Shown: piece after piece, positions 48,360 to 61,488 of the stretch | How positions within the stretch are numbered: the stretch's first letter is position 1 | Layout of the letters: the number at the start of each line of letters is the position of its first letter | Origin: Octopus sinensis | Taxonomy: Eukaryota | Assembly: GCF_006345805.1 (NCBI RefSeq) | Contig: NC_043000.1 | Coordinates: forward strand, 75,268,001 to 75,332,000 | Length of the DNA: 64,000 bases | Reading direction: 5' to 3' | The notes under the pieces: generated by a model | Told to the model about the DNA's origin: nothing | The model's database searches: none | Seen by the model: the letters and a program-made list of their open reading frames with translations, nothing else | Position numbers and translations under genes: made by a program

Positions 48360-50995
48360 ACGATGCTATCCATCTCTACAGGGTCTTCCTTCTGAGGAAA
48401 CTCCGCAATCAGTGGAATTTCCTGTTGCTGAACCAAATGATAGTGCAACCCTTTCATACATCGAAGAGAGTAATGAGGCATGTGAGCGTCGCCCTTTCTC
48501 CCAATCCACCAGGTGATCACCAAGAAGCGAGACTCCTGCTGCCAGAGAATCACGTCTTTCTGCTCAGCGTGAAAGAAATCAATTCACCCGTATGATGGAG
48601 AATGAGGAGGCTAGGGAGATTCGTTTGCAGGACCAGCAACGTTGAAGACAACAACGACATCGTCCAGAACAAAATTTTTGGTTGATGGCGGGTTTCAACT
48701 CCAATCCTAATTATGACTACACGAGTCGAGCTGTCGTTTCTATTGGACAGATGGATCAAGTTTGCAAATACTGCGGAGCGAAAAAGTGGAGAGGGGAGAC
48801 TCCGGGTCTCTGCTGTTCCGGGGGGCAAAGTTCATCTTGAGGCACTGGCTGCTCCTCCAGAAATACTCCAAGGCCTTCTCATCAGTGACTCTGACCATGG
48901 AAAGCTGTTTCGAAAGAGTTTATGGAGATAAAACTCATGTTTGTCGATGATGTCTTTTGGTGTGAGTGACAGCCGAATAACAAGAACAAACACTGACAAC
49001 ACTGAGGTCGCCAGCACTTCTCGAACCACTGTTACAAGGCCCAAAGAAAAGCTTTTTACTTTCCAAATTCAGGGCCAGTGTTACCACAAAATTGGGAGTC
49101 TACTCCCACAACCAGGAGAGGAGCCACGATTTATGCAGGTTTTCTTCATGGGTGGACATGAGCAAAAACTTTCTCATAGATGCAGCAAAAACCCCCGTTT
49201 AAGTCGCAATATCATTGCAGAGCTTCAAACAATGCTCCACCATGGCCACCCTTACGTCCGTGAGCTAAAAACTGCGGCAGAGTTTTTGAACTCAAGACCT
49301 GAGATAGAATTAGTTATCAGAGCAGATAAGACACCAGCCGGTGAGCATCCAAGATGTTTCAACGCCCCAACAACAAATGAAATTGCCGCCATAATGGTTG
49401 AGGAAGAACATGGCTCATGCGACATTGTTCTCCATCATCGCGACAACCGATAGTAATCCGTCTCAGAAACCCACCGGGCTTATGACTGTCTGCAGTACCC
49501 GCTATCACTTCAAGATACAGCAGGTTATCCGACAACTGGAGTCTCAGTGCAAAAAACCGTTCCATGCAAGGCGTTTTACGCTTACCGACTGATGATTCAC
49601 AACACCGAATTCAACCAGCTGCTTAGGTTTAGGGAGCTCACCAACCAGTTCTTGGTCGATATGTACGCCAAGATCAAATCAGAACGGCTTCTCTACATCC
49701 GAACCCATCAAAAAGAACTTAAAGCTGCTGAATAAGCACAACTCAATGATGCTTTACAGACTAATGGTGATGCAACCAACATTGGCCATCATGTGATCCT
49801 CCCGTCAACCTTCACTGGATCACCTCGATATATGCATAAGCAGATACAAGACGCAATGGCCTATGTCCGCAAGTTTGGCCGCCCTGATCTCTTTATAACA
49901 TTCATGTGCAACCCAATGGACAGAGATTAAAGAAAATCTATTCCCTGGATAAGAACCAAGTGACTGACATGACATAATTGCGCGAGTCTTCAAACTCAAG
50001 CTTAATCTCCTGATGTCCTTGCTGAAGAAGGAGAAAATCTACGGTCCTCTTAATGCCTGGCTGTACTCTGTGGAATGGCAGAAGCAGGGCCTTCTGCACG
50101 CACATATTATTTGGTGCAAAGAAAAAATTAGACCTGCAGACATCGATAGAGTTATCAGTGCTGAGCTTCCAGATCCCACCGTTGATCCAGAGCTTCATAA
50201 GATTGTTTTAACCAACCTTTTGCATGGACCCTGTGGTCCTCTCAACCCCCTGCTCGCAAAAATCTTCAAAGCACATGTCAACGTCAAGAGCTGCACCTCC
50301 GTTAGAAGCATCAAATACATATGCAAATACATTAACAAGGGCGGCGATATGGCGGTGATTGGCATCAGTGGTGGCGTGAATGAAAATGACGAAATCCAGC
50401 AATATGTCATGGGGTGATACATTTCTTCCAATATGGTGGCATGGAGGATTTTCGGTTTTGACGTTCACGAGTCCTACTCTGCTATTTTCACTCTTCATGT
50501 TCATTTGGAGAATGGGCAGCGCACCTATTTCACGGAACGGAATGCCCAAATTGTCGCTCAGCAGCCGCCGGAGACAAAACTTACAGCATTCTTCAAACTT
50601 TGCTCCTGAGATGTATTTGCTGCAACACTTCTCTACGACAACGTACCAGTTACTATACATGGTCAAAGAAATCATGGAGTCGGAGGAAAAATGGAAAAGA
50701 TGTCAATAATTGGCCCGGTGTAAAGAGAAGTGATGCAATCGGACGTCTTTTCACTGTTCATCCACGTGCACAAGAGTGCTTCTTCTTGAGAACTCTATTG
50801 CATCAAGTTAGAGGACCCAAGTCATTTGCTGAACTCAGAATGTTTGATGGCACAATTTGTCCCACTTACAGGGAGGCGTGTGTGAGGCACGGATTTCTTG
50901 AAGACGACAATCATCTGCACCTGGCGTTAACTGAGGCTGCTGATTGTAAACTGCCAAAACAAATGTGGCGATTGTTTTGCAGTATGTTATGATTT
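48360..50995 (+). pseudogene. Helitron RepHel remnant (zinc finger + Rep/HUH domain, no helicase)
   Basis: CKYCGAKKWRGETPGLCCSGGKV, FQIQGQCYHKIGSLLP, YDCLQYPL, ILPSTFTGSPRYM, PDLFITF, EWQKQGLLHAH, IKYICKYINKG, FFLRTLL, TYREAC. Many stops and frameshifts. Confidence 0.93.
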
Positions 50996-50999
50996 TGCG

Positions 51000-53900
51000 T
51001 AACACTAGGAAATTTTCAGTTTGGAACATGATAAAAAATAACAATAAAGCAGAAATTTATAAAAAATGGATTAACTCAACACCTTTAATTCTACCATGCA
51101 AACTACAAATTAAACCAATACTAGAAGAACCTGAACAGCAAAGGAAACTTAGGGAGAAATTAGCATTAGAAAAAATGAAAATAGAGATTGAGTTACTCAG
51201 ACTCAGAGCATCGAATAATGAACAAAAATACAAAAAGATTGATGAGGAAATGCACACCGAACACTAAACATGCTGATGAACAACTTTGGGAAAGTATTAT
51301 AAAACTATTGAAAGACAGCTGTGAGACAGAAGAAATAAATTCCTTGCAACTAGTTATGAAGCTACACTTCAGATAACCCCTTCCTAAAAAAATCCAGAAC
51401 AAATTCATCTACAAAAATAAATACACATCCACCTAGATCAAACAATCAAAATCCAAAAGAACACAAACACAAAAAAGTAACCCAACGCCTAGAAGTAAAC
51501 CATTCTCTATTTAATAATAGTAACTATTCATCAATTAGAAACACTAGAAGAAACCAACCTAGAGTAAGGAGTAATAATTTTTTCTACCCAGCAGCTAGAG
51601 ACATCCAAGAGACCCCCCCCCCTTTACCCCTCAACGAAGAGACAACATAATTAAGCACCCCAACAATTCATTCCAACAAAGAAACCCTAACCACGTGCTC
51701 CCATCCAGTTTACCCAGGCAGCAATACCAACCCCCCAACAATCCGAATATAATAAGTACTAATAACATTGATTTAATTAATAACAATAATAACACCAATA
51801 ACTTCTACCAACCAAATTACAATAAACATTTTTTAGACCAAGTGGAGAGAAACAGGGACACACAGAACAAAACGTACAGGAGAAACCCAAAGGGATTAAC
51901 TTATCAAAGAAATCTCTCTATAGCAAAAATCATTATACTAGTCAAAGGTTTAAAGTTCACTCCAACCCCATGAAGAGCTAACCAGAATGAAATTAAAGAC
52001 TATATTTCAGAATTCTGCAGAAAACTACAACTCGCAGAAGAACTAACTGACTACAACAACAAAGATGAATCACTGGTCAAAAACCGAAGTAATTACTTCC
52101 ACATAAGGGTAGGAATAAAACACTGGATGACTTCTGCAACCATATCCAAAATTTTCCTTACACATCCAATAAACGAAAAATTAATCCGAACCTCAACAAT
52201 CTAGAATGGAAAAATCTGACTGAACTACAAAACGACAAAGACCTGACAATTAAAGAAGCAGACAAAGGAAGTGCTGTAGTTCTGATGGACACAGAACACT
52301 ATAAAAAATAGTACTATCCATACTAGAAAACGAGGCCTTCTATGAAAACGTTATAAACTATAAACAACAAAAAACAATGAACAATCTTGCACCCTTAATT
52401 CTTCTACATGGAAAATGCCTGACAGAAAAAGAAACAGACTACATCACGAACTTCAAGTGTAAACCCAGTCTTTTTTACGGCCTTCCTAAAATACACAAGA
52501 GCAAGATAATCAATGAAGCTTGCAAATAATCATCAGGCAAATATATAAATATCCAAACGCCAGAAGACTTAACTTTAAGACCCATTGTAGCTGGGCCAGC
52601 CTGTGAAACCCACCGCCTAAGCAATTTTCTAGACATACTACTGAAATCCTTGCTGAAATACATCAAAAGTTTCATTAGAGATGATTTAGACATGCTAGAA
52701 CACCTACCAAAAACAATTAATGAAGCGGCAATATTGGTTACCCTTGATGCTATCAATCTTTACACAAACATCCCCCATGACTATGGAATAAAAGCAATTA
52801 AATTCTGGTTGGAAAAGTACCCCGAAGTACTGGAATGCATAAACCAGATCTTTATTATTGAATCCTTAAAATTTATACTTCAGCATAATTATTTCCTATT
52901 TGATGACACATACTATCGTCAGAAATGCGGAATTGCGATGGGAACAAAAGCAGCTCCTGTTCTTGCGAAGCTAATAATGGGTTATTTTGAATTCACCTTA
53001 TATGAAGTATCACTTCAGAAATATGGTTACCCGTTTTACTTCTATATAAGAGAAAATTGGAAGGGATACCTAGATGACTGCTTTATCATTTGGAAGGAGA
53101 ACATCGACAAACTTTTAGATTACAAATCAACACTAAATGATATAAATAGTAACATTCAATTCACAATGGAATATAACAAAGAACAGCTCCCATTTTTAGA
53201 CATCATGATAAAAAAAGTTAACAATGAAATCATAACTGACCTTATAAACCAACTGATTCAAAACAGTATATTCTCTTTAACTCATGCCACCCGAAACACA
53301 TCAAAATAAACATCCCTTTCCATTTGGCAAAAAGGATTTGCACAATAGTGTCTGATAAAACAACTCGGGACCTTCGTCTTCAAGACCTCAAAACAACGCT
53401 TATTGAAAGACAATATCCACCCTCACTTATGGACGAGGGAATTAAACGTGCCAAACAATTAGACACAAAAACACTAAGAAGAACAAAACATAACACCACA
53501 CCTCAACTCAAAACATTACTATTTATATCAACACACAACCCCAGAAACAGTGAGGCATTCAACACTATTGTGCAAACTCTTCCTTTACTAACTAGAGATC
53601 CAAAAATGTACGACATCCTGAAAACACACAAACTCATCAAATGCAAAAAACAAGACAAATCACTAAAGAGACTACTAACAAATGTGAAGCTTTATAAAAC
53701 AACCACGAAACCAATGGTTGAAAAATGTGGACACCCAAACTGTGGAACCTGCCCCAACCTACTTGAAGGCTCGGATTTCCTTTTCAAACAAGGACAGAGG
53801 TTCACAATTAAAACTATTTTCGCTTGTGCCTCTGAGAACCTAATTTATGTAATAACCTGCTCGGGTTGCGGACACCACTATATTGGACAAACGAGAATGA

Positions 53901-54470
53901 CCTTGAGAAAAAGAACCACTCTACATAAAGAGCAAATCCGTTTCCCGCAATACAGGCAAATTCCTCTCAGTGAACATATAGAAAAATGTGCAGATAACAT
54001 CAAACCAAATTTCACAGTCTTCCCCTTCTACCAGTGTAAAGACACATTCTCCCCACCAGAATGTTTAAATAAAGAAACTTTTTTCATTGAAGAATACAGA
54101 ACACGTCTTAATATGCACACATAACCAAGTTTTATCTTTTTATATATTTCAATTCACAATTACATCACTGTACATAAATCCCCTCACTAAACAAGGTTTT
54201 CAAAACTTGTCTTTGTCTGTACATATATATTCCCCTCCCATTACCGAAGGCTGAACAGTTATCTCCCTTACCCACAACAATAAAAATAATAACAATAACC
54301 AATTACCTCATTTTCATTTATCTACTTGTGAAGTCATTCACTCGTGAATTTCATCACACGCAACAGGGACAAAATTTCTTCTTAGGAAAAAATACATATT
54401 GAAATAAGTAAAACATAATATCATGAATAGCGATAGCGAAACCTGTCGATATATTAAAAATTATATTAAA
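51000..54470 (+). mobile_element. Penelope/Poseidon-type PLE, degraded (RT + zinc finger + GIY-YIG + pLTR remnant)
   Basis: KGLKFTPTP, ADKGSAVV, FYGLPKIHK, RPIV, LYTNIP, GIAMG, YLDD, LPFLD, CGHPNCGTC, NLIYVITC...YIGQT, with frameshifts between the ORF pieces. Confidence 0.92.
54418..54452 (+). ncRNA. Decayed minimal hammerhead of the Penelope pLTR
   Basis: ATATC-[ATGAATA]-GC(GATA)GC-GAAAC-CT-GTC-GATAT. The helices are intact, but the core has two substitutions relative to CTGANGA. Confidence 0.6.
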
Positions 54471-54559
54471 ACTATGTAAGTGTGCATATTTTCCTTTTTT
54501 AATTTCTTATATATATATATATATATACACACGCACACACATGTATATATATATATATC

Positions 54560-54782
54560 TATTTCTTTACTACCCACAAGGGGCTAAACACAGAGGGGAC
54601 AAACAAAGGGATTAAGTCAATTATATCGACCCCAGTGTGTAACTGGTACTTGATTTATCGACCCCGAGAGGATGAAAGGCAAAGTCGACCTCGGCGGAAT
54701 TTGAACTCAGAACGTAACGACAGACAAAATACGGCTACGCATTTCGCCCGGTGTGCTAACGTTTCTGCCAGCTCGCCGCCTT
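54560..54782 (-). mobile_element. tRNA-derived SINE (family C) with a Meta/CORE-like central domain
   Basis: Minus strand GGCGGCGAGCTGGCAGAAACGTTAGC...TGAGTTCAAATTCCGCC, then TCATCCTCTCGGGGTCGATAAATCAAGTACCAGTT..ACTGGGGTCGAT. Superfamily assigned from memory. Confidence 0.75.
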
Positions 54783-54795
54783 AATATATATATAT

Positions 54796-56095
54796 CATCA
54801 TCGGCGTCGTCGTTTAACGTCCGCTTTCCATGCTAGCAGGGGTTGGACGGTTTGATTGTGGGCTAGCGAACCAGATGGCTGCACCAAGCTCTAGTCTTGA
54901 TCTGGCAGAATTTCTACAGCTGGATGCCCTTCCTAATGCCAACTACTCCAAGAGTGTAGTGCGTGCTTTTACGTGTCACCGGCACGGGGGCCAGTCAGGT
55001 GGTACTGGCAATGACCACGCTCAAATTTTTACACATAGGCCAGCCAGGTGATACTGGCAACGACCTTGCTTGAATTTTTTGGGCCAGACAGGCGGTACTG
55101 TCAACAACCTTGCTCGAATTTTTTACACATGCCAACGGCACAGGTGCCAGTAAGACAATGCTGGTAATGATCCTGCTCGAATGTTGCCTCCTACATGCCA
55201 CCGGCACGGAAGCCAGTTAGCCACTCTGGCAACGATCACGCTCAGATGGTGCTCTTAGCACCCTACTAGCACGGGGCACAAGTGCCAGTAAGGCGAGGCT
55301 GGCAGTGATCATGCTTGTATGGTGCTCGTGCCTGTCATCGAATTTCACTTTGATTTTGATTTCCGTTTCGATTTCACTTGCCTCAACAGGTCTTCGCAAG
55401 CAGAGATTAGTGTTCAAAGAAAGAAAAGGTATGCACAAGTGGGCTGGTTACACCCCTGGCAAAGCAAATGAGGTTATGGTCTCATTTGGCTTGCCGGGTC
55501 TTCTCAAGTACAGCATATTTCCAAAGGTCTCGGTCACTAGTCATTTCCTTGGTGAGGCCTAAGGTTCGAAGCTCATGCTTCACCACTTCATCCCAGTTCT
55601 TCCTGGGTCTACCTCTTCCACAGGTTCCCTCAACCACTAGGGTATGGCACTTTTTCACACAGCTATCCTCATCCATTCTCACTACATGACCATACCAGTG
55701 CAGTCGTCTCTCTTGCACACCACATCTGATGCTTCTTAGGTCCAACTTTTCTCTCAAGGTACTTACACTCTGTTGAGTATGCACACTGACATTACACATC
55801 CATCGGAGCATACTGGCTTCATTCCTTGTGAGCTTACACATGTCCTCAGCAGTCACAGCCCATGTTTCACTGCCATGTAGCATGGCTGTTCGTACACATG
55901 CATCATACAGTCTACCTTTTACTCTGAGCGAGAGGCCCTTTGTCACCAGCAGGGGTAAGAGCTCTCTGAACTTTGCCCAAGCTATTCTTATTCTAGCAGC
56001 TACACTTTCAGTGCACCCTCCCCCATTACTGACTTGGTCACCTAGGTAACGGAAGCTATCAACTACTTCTAGTTTTTCTCCCTGGAATGTGGCGG
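54796..56095 (-). mobile_element. RTE LINE 3' fragment (ORF end + 3' UTR + tail)
   Basis: ORF 55482..55946 (AMLHGSETW, RRLHWYGHV, GRPRK) followed by the 3' UTR. Confidence 0.93.
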
Positions 56096-56174
56096 AATTC
56101 TCTGCGCATTGTCAGTGTTTATTGCACCCGAGCATCTGCTGTATATATACACACATACACACACACACACACAC

Positions 56175-56210
<36 letters not shown>

Positions 56211-56233
56211 CATTTATATATACATGTATATAT

Positions 56234-56487
56234 ATTGGGTTGGCACATAATTATTGTGGCTTTTTTTCAACAACTGTCATTCAACAAAAATAATAACAAC
56301 CCGTAACAAAAACATCTTTAAATGATTATTCCAGAGCATATTCGCCATCTGTTTGAATTATTGCTTCCCATTTCCTTGGCAGACAGTCAGACTGTCATTT
56401 AAAGATGTTTTTGTTAAATATTCTTATTGATTTTCTTGAATAAAGTTTGTTGAAAAAAAGCTACAGTAATTATGCACCAAAGCAATA
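56234..56487. mobile_element. Mariner-type MITE
   Basis: Imperfect TIRs TTGGGTTGGCACATAATTATTGTGGCTTTTTT / TTGCTTTGGTGCATAATTACTGTAGCTTTTTT, resembling Hsmar1/MADE TIRs. TA-flanked, with an internal 21-bp inverted repeat. Confidence 0.75.
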
Positions 56488-57845
56488 TATACATGTATAT
56501 ATATGCATTTATATATAGTATACACACACATATATATATACATGTGTATATATATATATGTGTGTGTGTGTAAATATATATACATGTATACATAGCACAA
56601 TTCTAACGTGGCTGATGCAAGTGCCACCTCACTGGATCCCATGCTGGTGGCATGCAGCTGTAGAATCCTTGCGATATCAGATTAGAACCTGGTGCAGCCT
56701 CCTGCCTTGCCAATATGGAAAACAAGCATTAAACGATGATGATGATGATGATAGACATGTGCATATATATGTGTATATATCTGTACTTATATATACATAT
56801 ATCTGTATATATAAAAGGCAGGATGTGTGTGTGTATGTGAATGTAGTTTATGCAGATCCATAAATTAGCATGCATGTCACTCCAATTTTAGGACATTCGT
56901 CAATACCCTACCTGGGGTTTGTCAACTTATTTTTTTCCCAAGCCTCTCCCGCAGATAGTGGTAAAAATCTATTTTCAACCATAACTTTTACCAATTTTGA
57001 AGTTTGCTAACATGAGTTAAAGTCTTTTCTTGCCATAGCCAAGTGAAAGTGTGTGTGTGAGGGAGAGAGTGAAGTTGTGTGTTGATGTATGTGTGTGTAT
57101 GTGAGGGAGAGAGCGCGTTTGACAGCATCTAACAAAAAATGTAAAGAAAAAGTATGTGTAAGGGAGAGAGTTTGACAGCATCTAACAAAAAAAGAAGATG
57201 AAGAAAAAGTAGGGGAGAGAGGGAGAGAAAGTGACTGTTCATCAAAGATAAAAATGTAAAATATTTTGTTTTTTTCTTAAACATGAGATATAGGATGTTT
57301 TTGAAAGGCACTATATATTATAATCAGATCATATATACTTTCTCTCACAACAATTAAAATATATTTTAAATCATTTATTTTAAATTGTTCATGTTTCTCT
57401 CCCCCCTCTCACACACACACACACATTACTTTGGGCGCAAAAGAGTTTTGTTTTTATTTTACGCTGAGGAAAAAATGTTTTGTTGAGAATCCATTTATTT
57501 AACAACAAAGAAACAAAGAGGTAGGTAACAATTTGTCAGTGAATTACACAATATAAATAGGTACAATTTCTGAGGCTACCACCCCACCCCACCCTGTTTT
57601 TTGGACTACCAAAAGGGTTTTATAGCATATTAGGAGGCCAGAGTAGTTGTTTACATGAAAAAAATCCGATTTTTTTTCTTAGTGAAAATCATGCAAGTGT
57701 TAATCTACAAATTTACCAACATTTTTTCTATTCATTTCTGTTCATGAACATGTATGCGTACAAAAAACATTTATGCAATAGGTGTACATATATGTGTATT
57801 TGTTGCCCATATATATTTATATAATATAGGACAATCAGTTAGTTA

Positions 57846-57908
57846 TAATAAAACTCAGATTTTCAGATGTCAGGGCTGAAGCCTGCTCCAGCATCTCATC
57901 AGTTATTA
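57846..57908 (-). ncRNA. Degenerate hammerhead-like fold
   Basis: TAATAA-CTGATGA-GATG...CATC(T)-GAAA-ATCTGAG-TT-TTATTA. Helix I is a perfect 6 bp; helix III is damaged. Confidence 0.4.
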
Positions 57909-58895
57909 AGACAAAAACACTATCAAAAAACCATTGAATAATGTGAAGCTACTCCAATAGGTGTATATATATGAAAAGAGGCTCATCTGGAAAAGTTCTT
58001 TAGACCCCACTACATGTCTAAATTCAAGAACTGAACTTTTTGGGTCATGCAAGATCACAGATATAACCTGCTTTTTATATTTTTATATTATGTCCATGTA
58101 CAAGTCTTTCATATATCATAACAATTCTTGTATTTTTTATATATATTTTATTGCTTTATATATATTTTCTGTATTTGATTTTCTCCTTTTATAATTGTGT
58201 AACTATACACGTGTGTAGTATTTGTATGTACAAGCACATACCAAATGTGTATATGTGTGCATGTGTACATGTGTACGAATGTATGTGTATATACAAGTGT
58301 AAGACTGTATCTGTTGTACTTGTCTCCTTCCTTCATACATATATGTATATATATATATATATGCATACACACACATATACATACATACACACCCTCCTGT
58401 CTGTCAAACATACCTACACCTGCAGATATACAAGCGTATATACATATATATATATACATACACACAAATACACCCTCCTGTCTGTCAAACACACCTACAC
58501 CTGCAGATATACAAGCGTATATACATATATATATATATATATGCACCCCTATACATATATAAATCATGTATATACAAGTTTTGTAGTGAATGTGTTTACG
58601 GTTTATGTTTTTGCGTATGTGTTTTTATTTGTATAAACATCTATATACCTACGTGATGATGGCGTTGGCTATGTATTTAAACATATGCGTGTGTATATTT
58701 ATACATATATATGCATGTGCATGGTTTTGGTTATCTGCGTATGTATGTGCGTATTGACATGTGTACATGAATGCAATGATGTATGCATGGGCACATATAC
58801 ATGTGTATGTGAGTGTATGCATGTATATATGTGTGTATGTTTACATGTGTATAGATATATATATATGTGTGTGTGTATGTATAAGTACACGTGTG

Positions 58896-58936
<41 letters not shown>

Positions 58937-59015
58937 CCATATATATATATATGTATTTATAAATGTACATGCATATACATGTACATATATATATATATTA
59001 TATATATATATATAT

Positions 59016-59048
<33 letters not shown>

Positions 59049-59111
59049 ATGTACGCCATGATAGATCGTTAGCCACTACACACATTTTTTTCTCTCCTTG
59101 TTTTCTATTTC

Positions 59112-59149
59112 CTTTTCTGTAGAAGACCGTAGGCTCGAAACATAAAAGA
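59112..59149 (+). ncRNA. Second copy of the compact variant-core hammerhead-like motif
   Basis: CTTTT-CTGTAGAA-GACC(GTAG)GCTC-GAAAC-ATA-AAAGA. The downstream flank is homologous to 40860-40905. Confidence 0.45.
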
Positions 59150-59238
59150 CTTTTTCTATTCCTGAGCGTTATACTAATACATCTGTTTGTTTTGTACACC
59201 ACCTTTCTTTGTCTTCTTTTTTTCGTAAACTCTCCCTG

Positions 59239-59296
<58 letters not shown>

Positions 59297-59370
59297 TATA
59301 TATATATTTGTATGTATACACATATGTGTATATTTGTATACATATATGTGTATATATATATATATATGTA

Positions 59371-60950
59371 AGAGAGTCCTAGCAAGACCACTGCAGTTCC
59401 TCTTTCAGAGCTTCCTTGCAGCTGGCAAACTTCCAAGAAAACTGAAGGAAGGTAAAATATGCCCCATTCATAAAGGAGGTAGCAGAACGGAAGCCAAGAA
59501 CTATAGACCTATCTCTCTGACCTCACACATCAGCAAGGTCATGGAACGAATAGTCAGAAGGAAGCTGATCACCTTCCTTGAAGAAAATGACTTACTGCCC
59601 GACACCCAACATGGATTCCGACCAGGGAGAAGCTGTTTAACTCAGCTCCTACAACACTATGACTGGGTGCTGAAACGGCTGCTCAACCACTCAAATGTGG
59701 AAGTGATATATCTCGATTTTGCAAAGGCCTTTGATAAAGTCGATCATGGAATGATATGTCACAAACTGCGTGATCTCAACATAGTTGGAAAACTGGGAGA
59801 ATGGCTTCATGACTTTCTGAAAGATAGAAGTCAGGTGGTAGTGGCCAATGGGGCCACTTCCATTAACACGCAAATAGTGAGCGGTGTTCCGCAGGGCACT
59901 GTTCTGGGACCACTACTGTTCATAATGGCTCTCTCAGACATGCCCTCAGCCATGCAGAGAGCCACGATCACAAGTTATGCAGATGATACAAAAGTTTCAC
60001 AGGCAATACAGAACCCTGAGGACACTAAACACCTGCAATGTGAGCTAGACAAAATATACAAGTGGGCCGAAAAGAATAGCATGCAGTTCAATGCTGAAAA
60101 GTTTCAAGCTCTATACTATCAGCATGCAAAACTAAATGCAATACCCAATGAATACACTGGACCCAGAGGAATAGCAATCCCAGAGGCACAATCAGTGCGT
60201 GACCTAGGTATTTACATGAGTGATGACGCGACCTTTCGTGTACATGTTGCTAAATTGGGAATGAAATGTAGACGACTGGCCGGATGGATCCTCAGAACCT
60301 TTAGAACAAGAGAACAAGAAACCATGATGGTCCTCTGGAGGACACTTGTCCTAAGCCACTTTGACTACTGCTCTCAGTTATGGTCACCATCCAGTGTTAA
60401 GTTGATCACAGAGCTCGAGGCGATCCAACGTAGCTACACGAAGAAGATAGCCTCTATGCAGAATGTAAGCTACTGGGAAAGACTCAAGAGATTAAAATTA
60501 TATTCCCTGGAGCGTAGGCGGGAAAGATATGCCATAATATACATCTGGAAGATCCTGGAGGGAAGTGTCCTGAACTTTGGCATCGAGAGTTACGCAAATG
60601 CCAGAACTGGGCGCCACTGCGTGGTGCCTAGGACTCCAAACTTGCCATCAAGATGTAGGACAAGATTCTGTGATAGCCTGGGCTTCCGAGGCCCACAGCT
60701 CTTCAATATCCTCCCGAAGAACCTGAGAGACCTGCATGGGGTGGATACAGGTGTCTTTAAAATGAAGCTGGATCTCTTCCTGTCAGGAGGGGCAGATGAG
60801 GGCAGCTGCATCGAACTCTCTCATGCACCAAATAGCAGTTGCTAGAAAGCCTTCATGAAGTGAAACCAAGTAGCAACACCAAATGGCGGTGCCCCAGCAT
60901 GGCCACAGCTCATGAGCTGAAACTAGAATCAATCAATCAATCAATCAATC
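59371..60950 (+). mobile_element. CR1/L2 family 1, 5'-truncated, with an open RT frame and (AATC)n tail
   Basis: ORF 59334..60845 ([30 protein letters not shown]) and a 3' stem-loop at 60885-60926. Confidence 0.95.
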
Positions 60951-61240
60951 ATATGTAAATATTTATATCTATCTATCTATCTATCTATCTCTATATATAT
61001 ATACATATCGAAATCGAATTGAACCAATCCTATGACTGGCACCCGGCAGATGCCAGGAGCCCTGGAGTGGTGGTACGTAAAAAGCACTATCCGACTCGTG
61101 GCCGATGCCAGCGCCGCCTCGACTGGTTTCCGTGCTACATGCCAAGGGTAGAAACCCCGTGTTCTTGTGTGGTAATTTGTGTATTATTTAAAATGAATAA
61201 AAGAATGGAGTCGAACGAAGATTTTAACACAATTCCTTTA

Positions 61241-61323
61241 CTTTCAACACATGTTTCGAAGGCTGCATATTCCTAATTCCCAAGGAATAAAGTGTGCATT
61301 ATGCCGTCTTCTCATCAGGAAAG
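61241..61323 (-). ncRNA. Type I hammerhead ribozyme (54-nt helix II)
   Basis: CTTTC-CTGATGA-[54 nt]-GAAA-CATGTG-TT-GAAAG. Confidence 0.82.
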
Positions 61324-61488
61324 ACAAGGAAAATCAATCAGCCTCAAGACGGACAAAAACTTTTCTATGGCTTGCTACATAATGTTCACAGTGATAATGA
61401 GTGTTTTTAAAAATCTGTTAAAAGCAATGACGTCAAAATTGTTTGGAAGAGGAATTCTAGGTATTATTCTATTATAAATTCACATAAG

